Of a stretch of DNA of 60,539 nucleotides, positions 10,337-19,396 are shown one piece after another. The DNA is from Patescibacteria group bacterium (lineage in GTDB: Bacteria > Patescibacteriota > Minisyncoccia > Phycocordibacterales > UBA12445). The DNA lies in assembly GCA_003504275.1 (NCBI GenBank), contig DOAO01000008.1, positions 1 through 60,539 of the forward strand. Reading direction: 5' to 3'. Every line of letters starts with the position of its first letter. The stretch's first letter is position 1. A program made the translations under genes and the position numbers. The notes beneath the pieces were generated by a model. The model saw nothing but the letters and a program-made list of their open reading frames with translations, was not told where the DNA came from and ran no database searches.

Positions 10337-10609
10337 TTATTTTTGAAATTGTCCTATCGTTATACCGATGAAGCTCCCTAATAAAAATGCAGTTAGCTCG
10401 TGATGGCTATAGCTATTAGGGATAATGATAGATACGAAGAGTGTCGCCAATAAACAGGCGATAGCATCAATCGTCATAATTTTTGTGGCGTTTTCTTCTG
10501 TTATTACATAGGTTGACGGTTTAGACTTAACAAGTATTCTTCCGAGGATGTAGTTATAAATAAGCGATATCACAAAGAGGATAATAATTGCTTTCATTTT
10601 TGCCACCAT
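10337..10609 (-). CDS. small membrane protein, unknown function
   Basis: Three hydrophobic segments; directly follows 10612-10866. Confidence 0.65.
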   Translation of the reverse strand: MVAKMKAIIILFVISLIYNYILGRILVKSKPSTYVITEENATKIMTIDAIACLLATLFVSIIIPNSYSHHELTAFLLGSFIGITIGQFQK

Positions 10610-10611
10610 CC

Positions 10612-10866
10612 TTAATTCTGTATTTTTTTATCATCCTCGTTTTTAAGAGATCGAGTTCTTTTTCTAAATTCGTTTGTAGCTTCGATGTTGTTTTTTGCTA
10701 ATGATATAATGCAAAATAAGCTAAAAAAGGCTACTGATAAAAGTCCGCTTATATCCTGATCGATTAATATTGCACCCAGTAAAAAAACACCGGAAGCAAA
10801 TAAGCAAATTTCGGAAGCCAAACCGAAGGCAGAGGCTATTTTTGATCTTTCGTCATTAGGTAACAT
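10612..10866 (-). CDS. small membrane protein, unknown function
   Basis: AAGGAGGG RBS, TTGACA-17-TATACT promoter upstream, two TM segments. Confidence 0.75.
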   Translation of the reverse strand: MLPNDERSKIASAFGLASEICLFASGVFLLGAILIDQDISGLLSVAFFSLFCIISLAKNNIEATNEFRKRTRSLKNEDDKKIQN

Positions 10867-10998
10867 AAAAATCCCTCCTTATTTTGAATTTCAAAAATTA
10901 TGATTGATTGTATTAATTTTCAATTAGCCGACTCTTTCTTCAAGTATATCATATTTAATCATATATGTCAAACAAACATGATATTTTTAGGCTTTATT

Positions 10999-12048
10999 TT
11001 AAGCTATTTTATCTAAATATTCTTTTATTTCGTCTTCGTGCATAAAACCATTCATTATCCCAGCAAAAATGGTCCTTTTTTCTTCTTCTGTCCATAGTTT
11101 ATCGGGTCCTCCGGGGAATTTCTTTTCTGCCCATTCGTCATATTTTTTCTTTAAATCAAATAAGGGCATACTCACAAGTACAATGTCGCTTATTTTGTCT
11201 TCCGGAGCCATCTCACTTTTTGCTATACCTACCTGCTTCTCTTTGTGTTTTACGATTTTTTTATCGGTGTTTATGGTGAACTGTATACCAACATCTCCTT
11301 TATTTTCTTCAACCCTTACACCTCGATCCCTATTTTCTCGGTGGATTATAAAATCTATCTTTTGGTTTACATCTTGATAGACATCCGATTTTAATATCTT
11401 AAGTCCAATACCTTTATCGTAGTCTAACTTTTTGATAAAGTTTCTCACCATTTTTTCGGCAATGAGTCCTGCTTTTTTAATTTCCCCCCTTTCCTTTTCC
11501 CCAGCGACTCTCTTGTAGGTATCTTGTTTCATCCAGTGGACATTGGTACTGACACTTTCATTTATTATGATTTGATCATCCAAATAATCCTGAAGTTTTC
11601 TTTTTGCCTCTTCAATTAAATATTTTTTTCTAATATTTCTTGAAATAGAGCTTGAGTCGAGATTATACTCCATACCCCATTCAGAATCGGTCATTATTTC
11701 TCCGAGAGTTATTTTTTCTTGTTTACTGTCTGTCGTTCTTATAAAATCTCCTGTTTCGCTTTGTACAATCTTAGGCAGGGGAGAAATATCTTCTTTTTGA
11801 TTTTCAGGGTGGTCTAAGAGTGCTATGGATTTCTTGAGATCATCCATTATCTCTTGTTTTTTGACCTGTAGTTTATAAATTTTTTCTTGGTCCTGTTTTT
11901 CTGTCCCAAGCTCCTTTGCTGCTTTTTCCGTATGCCAATCCAAAACTTTCTCAAGTCTGTCATCTTTAACATTCATCTCTTCTGCGAAAATTTCGTCTTT
12001 AGCTACCTTATTATAATTTTCCAAATTCCTTTTAAATGTTTCTTTCAT
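10999..12048 (-). CDS. hypothetical protein, possible PD-(D/E)xK-like C-terminal domain
   Basis: 349-aa ORF with coiled N-terminus and the pattern AEKMV..QDVNQKIDFII..VGIQFT. Confidence 0.6.
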   Translation of the reverse strand: MKETFKRNLENYNKVAKDEIFAEEMNVKDDRLEKVLDWHTEKAAKELGTEKQDQEKIYKLQVKKQEIMDDLKKSIALLDHPENQKEDISPLPKIVQSETGDFIRTTDSKQEKITLGEIMTDSEWGMEYNLDSSSISRNIRKKYLIEEAKRKLQDYLDDQIIINESVSTNVHWMKQDTYKRVAGEKERGEIKKAGLIAEKMVRNFIKKLDYDKGIGLKILKSDVYQDVNQKIDFIIHRENRDRGVRVEENKGDVGIQFTINTDKKIVKHKEKQVGIAKSEMAPEDKISDIVLVSMPLFDLKKKYDEWAEKKFPGGPDKLWTEEEKRTIFAGIMNGFMHEDEIKEYLDKIA

Positions 12049-12102
12049 TCCACTATTCTACCTTAATTGAATATTGGATAACAGTTTCTTCTATTTTTTC
12101 TT

Positions 12103-12184
12103 GTCATTGCGAGTGAAACGTGGCAATCCAGGGTATATCAACAAATATAATCTGGATTGCCACGGGCTTCGCCCTCGCAATGAC
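12103..12184. repeat. REP-like inverted pair (family A), uninterrupted
   Basis: GTCATTGCGAGTGAAACGTGGCAATCCAG ... CTGGATTGCCACGGGCTTCGCCCTCGCAATGAC. Confidence 0.85.
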
Positions 12185-12263
12185 GCAATGGTTAATTGGA
12201 GAAGACGGTACAACAACAATCTAAGATGGCTGTTTTTCCAAATTAAAAAAACCGCCCAATAAA

Positions 12264-12431
12264 TTAGACGGTTATGTCGATTAGATCTCCTTTTCCAGGC
12301 TCTTTGACGCGGGGCTTTCTTTTGTCATATGGATTAAATCTACTTTTTTCTATTGGTTCAACTACTTTTTCTTTTTCAGGAAAGTCGATTTCGTAATTTT
12401 TTAGTCCTTCTATCTTGAGAACAATAATCAT
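12264..12431 (-). CDS. 55-aa hypothetical protein (not in ORF track)
   Basis: Hand translation MIIVLKIEGLKNYEIDFPEKEKVVEPIEKSRFNPYDKRKPRVKEPGKGDLIDITV. GGAG upstream; stop lies in a terminator hairpin. Confidence 0.5.
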   Translation of the reverse strand: MIIVLKIEGLKNYEIDFPEKEKVVEPIEKSRFNPYDKRKPRVKEPGKGDLIDITV

Positions 12432-12487
12432 ATCTTTGCTCCATTTTTCCCGCTTCGCTTTTGCGAAGCGGGAGATTTTTTTCGGTA

Positions 12488-12649
12488 TTATTTATGGGGA
12501 TAGTTTTTTATATCATTAACGACATATGTTCCCGCACCAACGCCCAAAAATATGATTAAATAATTAAATGGCGCGTTGAACATTATGCCGATTGACATGA
12601 CGATGACACATGCGCAAAGTTTTGCGAACAAGCTAATCATTTTGTTCAT
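12488..12649 (-). CDS. 53-aa two-TM microprotein (not in ORF track)
   Basis: MNKMISLFAKLCACVIVMSIGIMFNAPFNYLIIFLGVGAGTYVVNDIKNYPHK. AGGAGG RBS; paralog of 12671-12829. Confidence 0.8.
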   Translation of the reverse strand: MNKMISLFAKLCACVIVMSIGIMFNAPFNYLIIFLGVGAGTYVVNDIKNYPHK

Positions 12650-12670
12650 TATTTGTAGCCTCCTTTTTGT

Positions 12671-12829
12671 CTAGCGGGGATAATTTCTTTTGTTGGAGGC
12701 GATACAGGCTCCAGCCGACAGACCAACAATAGCAATTAAAAATCCCGAAGGTCCGTCCATCGCTATCCCAACACCAACAACGGCAAAACACAATAGAAGA
12801 TTTCCGAACAGGGTGACCATTTTCCTCAT
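12671..12829 (-). CDS. 52-aa two-TM microprotein (not in ORF track)
   Basis: MRKMVTLFGNLLLCFAVVGVGIAMDGPSGFLIAIVGLSAGACIASNKRNYPR. AAGGAGGGG RBS; TTGATA-17-TAGTTT promoter. Confidence 0.8.
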   Translation of the reverse strand: MRKMVTLFGNLLLCFAVVGVGIAMDGPSGFLIAIVGLSAGACIASNKRNYPR

Positions 12830-12948
12830 ACTTAACCCCTCCTTTTCAAAGTACTATAATTTTTACTATTTGTTATGAAACTAACACAGAAAATTTAAAA
12901 TATCAATGTATTTTATTTTTTTTCATAATGTTAATATCAGAGTAAGCA

Positions 12949-13605
12949 ATGAAAAAAATAACAAAAAAGAAAATTAAAAAGGGAAAGTTTATTGTTATCG
13001 AGGGAGATGACGGTTCCGGTAAGAGTTCTGCGATAGATTACTTAAAGAAAAAATTCGGAGGCAGAAAAGATGTTGTTTTTTCAAAAGAGCCCGGTGGCAC
13101 ACTAGTTGGAGACAAGATAAGGACAATTCTTCAAGATAAAGAGAACGAGGACATGTCTGTTATGACTGATTTGCTTCTTTATTCTGCTTCAAGGGCCGAA
13201 AATATAGAAAAAGTGATATTACCGGCACTTAATTCCGGTGTACATGTTATTTGCGACAGATTTGATCTTTCTACACTTGCATATCAGATATACGCAAGAG
13301 GTAGACAGGATTATTTGAAATTTTTTGAGAAGTTAAATAAGTTCGTGATAGCTGATTGTAAACCTGATTTATATCTATTTTTGGATGTCTCTCCTGAAAT
13401 TGGCGCGGAAAGATCAAGAAAGAGGGGAGAAGAGCTTTCGAGGTTTGATGCCAAGAGTATTGAATTTCATTCAAGAGTTAGAGACGGCTACAGAGTTCAT
13501 CTAAGGCAAAAGCCACATAAGATAATAGACACCAACTGTATGAGCCTGGAAGATGTTCGAGTAAAAGCACATAAGATTATTGTTAGCATACTGAAGATAA
13601 AATAA
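12949..13605 (+). CDS. tmk: thymidylate kinase
   Basis: FIVIEGDDGSGKS P-loop, KEPGGT, VICDRF, LAYQ. Confidence 0.96.
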   Translation: MKKITKKKIKKGKFIVIEGDDGSGKSSAIDYLKKKFGGRKDVVFSKEPGGTLVGDKIRTILQDKENEDMSVMTDLLLYSASRAENIEKVILPALNSGVHVICDRFDLSTLAYQIYARGRQDYLKFFEKLNKFVIADCKPDLYLFLDVSPEIGAERSRKRGEELSRFDAKSIEFHSRVRDGYRVHLRQKPHKIIDTNCMSLEDVRVKAHKIIVSILKIK

Positions 13606-13735
13606 GTTTAGGGTCTACAAAGTCGGCGCATAACTTCGTCAAAAACCTCGTTTATTCCTTAAAGTACTATGTGTACATTTCGTCATAAGCCTCGGCTTTT
13701 TTCTTGTTCTGCATCCGATTTTGTTAGTCCTAAAC
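13606..13735. repeat. imperfect long inverted-repeat element
   Basis: GTTTAGGGTCTACAAAGTCGG pairs with CCGATTTTGTTAGTCCTAAAC. Single copy in the window. Confidence 0.5.
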
Positions 13736-13778
13736 TAAGTAGATTAAAACTGCTTGGAGATATATCCAAACGGTTTTG

Positions 13779-13863
13779 TTTACTTATCCAAAATTGTGTG
13801 GTAGTTTATTAGCGATATCGTTGTTTGAAAAATTGATACTGTTAGAGAAAGGAGGAGCATCTT
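13779..13863 (+). promoter_or_regulatory. cassette leader: promoter, boxA-like motif, RBS
   Basis: TTTACT-17-TAGTTT, GTTGTTTGAAAAATTGATA, AGGAGG. Closely duplicated at 14740-14824. Confidence 0.7.
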
Positions 13864-14688
13864 ATGAAGATTAAAATTGTAGATACACTAATAAAATTCT
13901 TGGTTTACCCTACAGTTATTTTTATCAAGAGAGAAAAAGAAACAAAGAAGGAGAGAAGAGATAGGTTGCGGACGATTAAGCAGTTAATAAAAAATTTCAA
14001 AGATCAAAAGCTTAAATATCCGTTTGGTATTAAGGAGATGAAGAAAACGACAGAACAATCAAAGATAATCTCCGATGCCAACAGAGGAACTAACGAGATC
14101 CTTAAGCGTTATGGGTTACCGGAATTTTTTATTCCAGATGAAAATATTCATATTATTAATAAAGGATGGAAAAAATTTTGTAATTTTTTAGGGAATAATC
14201 CAAAATATATTGGTTTTTGTTATTTTTTTAGGCAATTGATCGGTTTACTGTGGGTAGAAAATAACATCGGTCTTGTGAGACATGTAATTTTTCACGAGAT
14301 GGTTCATTTTAAATCTTTTCGTGCGATGGCTCATATTTCCACTGCTAGTAAACCTAGATGTGGTCTCCGTATTGGTGAAATGGGTCTTGTTTTCGATGAA
14401 GCGATAACGGAAGAATTAGCTAGTCTTTTTTCCGGTAAAAACATTGGGGCATATATAAAAGAAAAAGTCTCAGTTCGTATTCTTATTGATAAGATATTTG
14501 ACAGGAATCTCGATAAGTTTATTTCGGAATCAGAAGTATTCGAAATGTTTGTTCGGGCTAAATTCACTGGTCGTCTATGGGAACTTGCTAGAATAATAAG
14601 GAAAAGCTTTCCGGACAAAAAAGATGTTTTTAGGAAACTATTCTGGTTAAAAACAGACGCCCATCTTAAGTTTGTAAAATCTCTTTAA
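13864..14688 (+). CDS. putative HExxH zinc metalloprotein, paralog 1
   Basis: HEMVHFKS followed by DEAITEEL. Confidence 0.7.
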   Translation: MKIKIVDTLIKFLVYPTVIFIKREKETKKERRDRLRTIKQLIKNFKDQKLKYPFGIKEMKKTTEQSKIISDANRGTNEILKRYGLPEFFIPDENIHIINKGWKKFCNFLGNNPKYIGFCYFFRQLIGLLWVENNIGLVRHVIFHEMVHFKSFRAMAHISTASKPRCGLRIGEMGLVFDEAITEELASLFSGKNIGAYIKEKVSVRILIDKIFDRNLDKFISESEVFEMFVRAKFTGRLWELARIIRKSFPDKKDVFRKLFWLKTDAHLKFVKSL

Positions 14689-14739
14689 TTTTTTGCGTAA
14701 AAGCATTCAAACCCCGATCGTAATGATTTGGGGTTTTTC

Positions 14740-14824
14740 TTTACTTATTTAAAATTATGTGGTAGTTTTGTTACCGATATCGTTGTTTGAAAATTAATAC
14801 TGTTAGAGAGAGGAGGGGTACTTT
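14740..14824 (+). promoter_or_regulatory. cassette leader, second copy
   Basis: TTTACT-17-TAGTTT, GTTGTTTGAAAATTAATA, AGGAGG. Confidence 0.7.
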
Positions 14825-15634
14825 ATGGATATAATGCCCATAAAAGCCATAATAGGTAAGCTGTCGGATAATAAAAAAGAAGCGATAATGAGAAAAAAGT
14901 TAGAGCTTCTGAAAACGCAGTCGGAATTCAAAAAAATAGGCATCGAAGAATTACCGAAGACGAGAGACGATATTCAGCTGTTTGAAACGGCGAATATACT
15001 GACAAACGCACTTATTTCTAAATTTGGTTTGCCAAGCTTAGATATTTCTTCCAATGTTTTTCATGTTGTAAAAGAGGAAGATAGGTGGAGGGTTCATTTT
15101 TATTTAGGAGAGAATACATGCGGATGCCTTGGATTTTTCGATTCTAAGAGTCAGATGATAATGTTTCTCGAAGAATTTAATGGTTTATCTTATTATAAAA
15201 AATTAGATAGCCTTATCCACGAAATTTTACACTTAAAATCATATCAGTCTTTGCAAATAAAGAGAGGGGGCAAAGAATCCTGCTATCGTAATGGATTAAC
15301 AATAAAGGGTAGTTATTTTAGAGCTATAGATGAAGCCCTTACTCAAACGACAGCTGATCTTTTGGTATCCAAATCCACAGGAAGAGATTACGAAGGTATT
15401 TCCTATAAGAAAGAAAAATATATTCTCGAAACTCTTATTTGCGGAATTTTCAATAAAAATTTGGAAAGATTTAAAGATAAGAATGAAGTTTTTGATATGT
15501 TCTTAAGGGCTTATTTTACAGGCAACGTCATGCCACTTGCTAGAATAATCAAAAAAACATTTGGTTATGACGCTTTTGGTTTTGCCGCCAAACACGATTT
15601 CAATTTTCTTTTGGAAGACGCAATGATTTCTTAA
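14825..15634 (+). CDS. putative HExxH zinc metalloprotein, paralog 2
   Basis: HEILHLKS followed by DEALTQTT. Shares EVF.MF.RA.FTG...LARII with paralog 1. Confidence 0.7.
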   Translation: MDIMPIKAIIGKLSDNKKEAIMRKKLELLKTQSEFKKIGIEELPKTRDDIQLFETANILTNALISKFGLPSLDISSNVFHVVKEEDRWRVHFYLGENTCGCLGFFDSKSQMIMFLEEFNGLSYYKKLDSLIHEILHLKSYQSLQIKRGGKESCYRNGLTIKGSYFRAIDEALTQTTADLLVSKSTGRDYEGISYKKEKYILETLICGIFNKNLERFKDKNEVFDMFLRAYFTGNVMPLARIIKKTFGYDAFGFAAKHDFNFLLEDAMIS

Positions 15635-15728
15635 AAAGTTTTCAACCGCTAATTTTAATGATTGGCGGTTTTATTTCGCCCAAAAGTTCAAATATTAGGG
15701 AAATTATGTTAATCTAGACCATATGCGT

Positions 15729-15808
15729 CCCGTAGTAGAATTTAATTTCTAGTGAGGTTAAATCTTTCTTTCAGATTACTTTATTGAGAGAAATTGATTT
15801 ACCACGGG
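15729..15808. repeat. short element with terminal inverted repeats, possibly related to family D
   Basis: CCCGTAGTAGAAT ... ATTTACCACGGG. Confidence 0.45.
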
Positions 15809-15867
15809 AGAAATGTATAAATAAGGCTAATAACGAAGATTTAACAAAATTAAATTTCACTACCGGG

Positions 15868-18800
15868 ATGGAAGAAGATAATAAAAAACCAAAAACTGTT
15901 GCTGAAAAAGAGGAGAATATTCTTGATTTTTGGAATAAATCTAAGATTTTTCAAAAAACTATAGAAAAAGAATCGCCCAAAGGGGAGTTCGTCTTTTATG
16001 ATGGTCCACCTTTTGCTACGGGTCAGCCACACTACGGACATATTCTGGCGGGTACGATGAAAGACGCGGTCCCGAAGTATAAGACTATGCGAGGATATAC
16101 CGTTCCTAGACAATGGGGATGGGATTGTCATGGTCTCCCGATTGAGAACCTTATAGAAAAAGAGCTAGGACTTGGGACAAAGAAAGATATCGAAACTCTC
16201 GGTGTGGATAAGTTTAACGAGGCTGCTAGGGCCAGTGTTTTCAGATATAAGAGTGATTGGGAGAAAATCGTTCCTAGAACAGGACGTTTCGTAGATATGG
16301 AGAACGACTACAAGACGATGGATCCTAATTTCACTGAATCTGTTTGGTGGGTTTTTAAGACACTCTACGACAAGGGGCTTGTTTATCAGGGGCACAAGAC
16401 GATGCACATCTGTCCAAGGTGCGAGACGACACTTGCAAACTTTGAGGTTAGCCAGGGGTACAAAGATATCACAGATATTTCTCTTACCGCAAAATTCGAA
16501 TTGATAGATGAGCCGGGGACTTTTGTTCTTGCATGGACGACCACCCCTTGGACTTTACCCGGAAACGTGGCTCTCGCTGTAGGAGAAAATATTGATTACG
16601 TAAAGATTGAAAAAGAGGGAGAGAAATTGATTTTGGCTAAAGAGCGACTTTCCGCCGTGGGCGAGGGGTATAATATTTTAGAAGAATTTAAGGGCAAGTC
16701 CCTTGTTGGTAAAAAATACAAATCGCTTTTTGATTATTACGCAGGAAAGCCCGACGAAACTTCTAAAAGCGAAGTTTTTTCGGGCAAGGCAGACCTTCTA
16801 AACAGGGAGAACGGCTGGAAGATATATTCCGCGCCTTTTGTCACGACAGAAGACGGTGTGGGGGTGGTTCATATAGCACCTGCATTCGGAGAAGACGATT
16901 CAAAACTAGGTAAACAATACAATTTGCCTTTTGTTCAGCATGTCGGCATGGATGGACGTTTTAGACCGGAAGTTACTGATTTTGCCGGAATATTTGTGAA
17001 GCCAAAAGATGACCACCAGTCTACAGATATTCTTATAATTAAGAATCTAGCAGGAAAGGGTCTTCTTTTCTCCAAAGAAAAGATAATTCACTCATATCCG
17101 CTTTGTTGGAGATGTGATACTCCGCTTTTAAACTACGCGACTTCCTCATGGTTTGTGGATATTCAGAAAATAAAACCAGAGATATTGGAGAATGTTAAGA
17201 AATCTAACTGGATTCCTCAGAATATTCGCGACAAGAGATTTTTGAACTTAATAGAAGATGCTCCGGATTGGAATGTTTCTAGGTCTAGATATTGGGGCGC
17301 ACCTCTCCCTATTTGGAAGTGCGACAAGTGTGATGAAAAGAAGGTTATTGGTTCTGTGACTGATCTCAAAAAGGGGATGGTGTTCTCAAATAATGCTTAT
17401 TTTGTCATGAGACATGGCGAGGCAGAATCTGTCGTAAATAGAACAATAAGCTCTGCGAAATATCATCATGAAAATCCGCTTACAAGCCTGGGTAGAGAGC
17501 AAGTTAAAGAGACTGCCAATAAACTTAAGTCTGAAAATATTGATATTATTATTGCTTCTCCATACAGAAGAACGACTGAAACCGCGAAGATAGTCGCTAC
17601 TGAACTTGGAATACCGGAGGATCAAATTGTTTTTGATAATAGGCTCGTAGAGCTTCAGGTTGGAGATTTTGACGGGGCGCTTGTAGAAGATTATGGTAAT
17701 TATTTTTCTAGCCACGAAGAGAGATTTTATAAAAATTCTCCAAATGGCGAGAACCATACAGATACAAAGAATAGAATGATGAACGCCATCTTCGATATTG
17801 ATAAAAAGTACGATAACAAAAGAGTGCTTATTATAAGTCACGGCGATCCATTGTGGGTTTTGTGCGCTGGTACTGAAGGGCTTTCTCCAAAGGGTGCAGT
17901 AAAGGTTAAAAATGAATGTTATCTAAATCCGGCTGAGTTCAGGAAACTAGATTTTTCTCCTTTTCCTCACAACGAAAATTACGAATTAGATCTTCATAAG
18001 CATTTTATTGATGGGGTGACTTTTAAATGCTCTTGCGGAGGCAAGATGGTGCGCGTTCCTGAGGTTTTTGACTGTTGGTTTGAATCGGGCGCTATGCCAT
18101 ATGGACAATCACACTATCCTTTTGAGAATAAAGAAAAATTTGAAAAGAATTTTCCCGCACAATTTATTGCAGAGGGACTAGATCAGACTAGGGGCTGGTT
18201 TTATTCACTCATGGTACTATCTACCGCCCTTTTTGATAAACCGGCTTTTCTAAATGTAATTGTGAATGGACTTGTCCTTGCTGAGGATGGACAAAAAATG
18301 AGCAAGAGGCTTAAGAATTATCCCGAAGTTCTCGATGTAATAAATAAGTACGGTGCTGATGCTCTTCGTTATTACATGCTTTCTTCTCAGATCGTAAAAG
18401 CAGAAGATCTCCGATTCTCCGAGAGGGGGGTGGATGAGGTCTACAAGAAAATAATCTTGCGTTTGTATAATGTTTATTCTTTCTTAGAATTATATGATGG
18501 AGATAGAAAAGTAGAAACTAATAACTACAAACTATCAACTAATATACTAGATAAATGGATATTGGCTAGATTGGGACAGATTACGAAAGAAATGACGGAT
18601 TCTATGGAAAAATATGAGCTCGATAGAGCCACAAGGCCGATAGAGGGATTTGTGGACGACCTTTCGACCTGGTATTTGAGAAGATCTAGAGACAGATTTA
18701 AGGGCGATGACATAGAAGACAAGGAGAGTGCCCTTGTGACTTTGCGATATACAATAAAAACTCTTGCGAAATTAATGGCGCCATTTATGTCATTCATTGC

Positions 18801-19371
18801 TGAAGATCTTTACCAGAAAGTAAAAGACGCGACTGATCCTGAGAGTGTTCATTTGGAATCTTGGCCGGAAATGATTATTGTGGACGAAAAGATACTTGCA
18901 GATATGGCGGAAACAAGAAAGATTGTTTCTTCAGGACTTGAACTCCGTGCAAAAGCGAATATTAAAGTGAGACAACCATTGCAGGAATTAAGGATTAAGA
19001 ATAAGGAATTAAGTGAGGAATATTTACCGCTTATTGCAGATGAATTGAACGTGAAGAAAGTTTCTGTGGGTGTGTCGCAGGACGAAGAAGTGGCGCTCGA
19101 TATGAATATAACTCCCGAATTAAAAGAGGAGGGGACTTTGAGAGAGCTTGTAAGAAATATTCAGGAAATGAGAAAGAAAATGGGACTTAATACCCAAGAT
19201 AAAGTATCTTTGAGGGTTTCTACTGATTCTGCAGGAAAGGAATTTGTGAAAAAATTTGAAACTGAATTGAAAAAGTCCGCAGGTCTCTCTGGGGTGTTAT
19301 TTGAAGACGGCTTAATCGGCATGGAAATTGTTCTCGAAGGTATGAAATTCGCTGTTTCTTTGGTTAAATAG
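15868..19371 (+). CDS. ileS: isoleucyl-tRNA synthetase (type 2) with an inserted histidine-phosphatase domain
   Basis: DGPPFATGQPHYGH, GWDCHGLP, WTTTPWTLPGN, EGLDQTRGWF, KMSKR; internal RHGE...SHG domain. ATG at 15868 preferred over TTG at 15784. Confidence 0.97.
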   Translation: MEEDNKKPKTVAEKEENILDFWNKSKIFQKTIEKESPKGEFVFYDGPPFATGQPHYGHILAGTMKDAVPKYKTMRGYTVPRQWGWDCHGLPIENLIEKELGLGTKKDIETLGVDKFNEAARASVFRYKSDWEKIVPRTGRFVDMENDYKTMDPNFTESVWWVFKTLYDKGLVYQGHKTMHICPRCETTLANFEVSQGYKDITDISLTAKFELIDEPGTFVLAWTTTPWTLPGNVALAVGENIDYVKIEKEGEKLILAKERLSAVGEGYNILEEFKGKSLVGKKYKSLFDYYAGKPDETSKSEVFSGKADLLNRENGWKIYSAPFVTTEDGVGVVHIAPAFGEDDSKLGKQYNLPFVQHVGMDGRFRPEVTDFAGIFVKPKDDHQSTDILIIKNLAGKGLLFSKEKIIHSYPLCWRCDTPLLNYATSSWFVDIQKIKPEILENVKKSNWIPQNIRDKRFLNLIEDAPDWNVSRSRYWGAPLPIWKCDKCDEKKVIGSVTDLKKGMVFSNNAYFVMRHGEAESVVNRTISSAKYHHENPLTSLGREQVKETANKLKSENIDIIIASPYRRTTETAKIVATELGIPEDQIVFDNRLVELQVGDFDGALVEDYGNYFSSHEERFYKNSPNGENHTDTKNRMMNAIFDIDKKYDNKRVLIISHGDPLWVLCAGTEGLSPKGAVKVKNECYLNPAEFRKLDFSPFPHNENYELDLHKHFIDGVTFKCSCGGKMVRVPEVFDCWFESGAMPYGQSHYPFENKEKFEKNFPAQFIAEGLDQTRGWFYSLMVLSTALFDKPAFLNVIVNGLVLAEDGQKMSKRLKNYPEVLDVINKYGADALRYYMLSSQIVKAEDLRFSERGVDEVYKKIILRLYNVYSFLELYDGDRKVETNNYKLSTNILDKWILARLGQITKEMTDSMEKYELDRATRPIEGFVDDLSTWYLRRSRDRFKGDDIEDKESALVTLRYTIKTLAKLMAPFMSFIAEDLYQKVKDATDPESVHLESWPEMIIVDEKILADMAETRKIVSSGLELRAKANIKVRQPLQELRIKNKELSEEYLPLIADELNVKKVSVGVSQDEEVALDMNITPELKEEGTLRELVRNIQEMRKKMGLNTQDKVSLRVSTDSAGKEFVKKFETELKKSAGLSGVLFEDGLIGMEIVLEGMKFAVSLVK

Positions 19372-19396
19372 TTTTGTTATCGTTGCTCTCTCGATT

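Noticed and set aside
12074-12262. 62-aa ORF on + strand
   Set aside because: It reads through a REP palindrome pair and has no start signals.
12690-12878. 62-aa ORF on + strand
   Set aside because: Antisense shadow of the minus-strand microprotein, which has an RBS, a promoter and a paralog.
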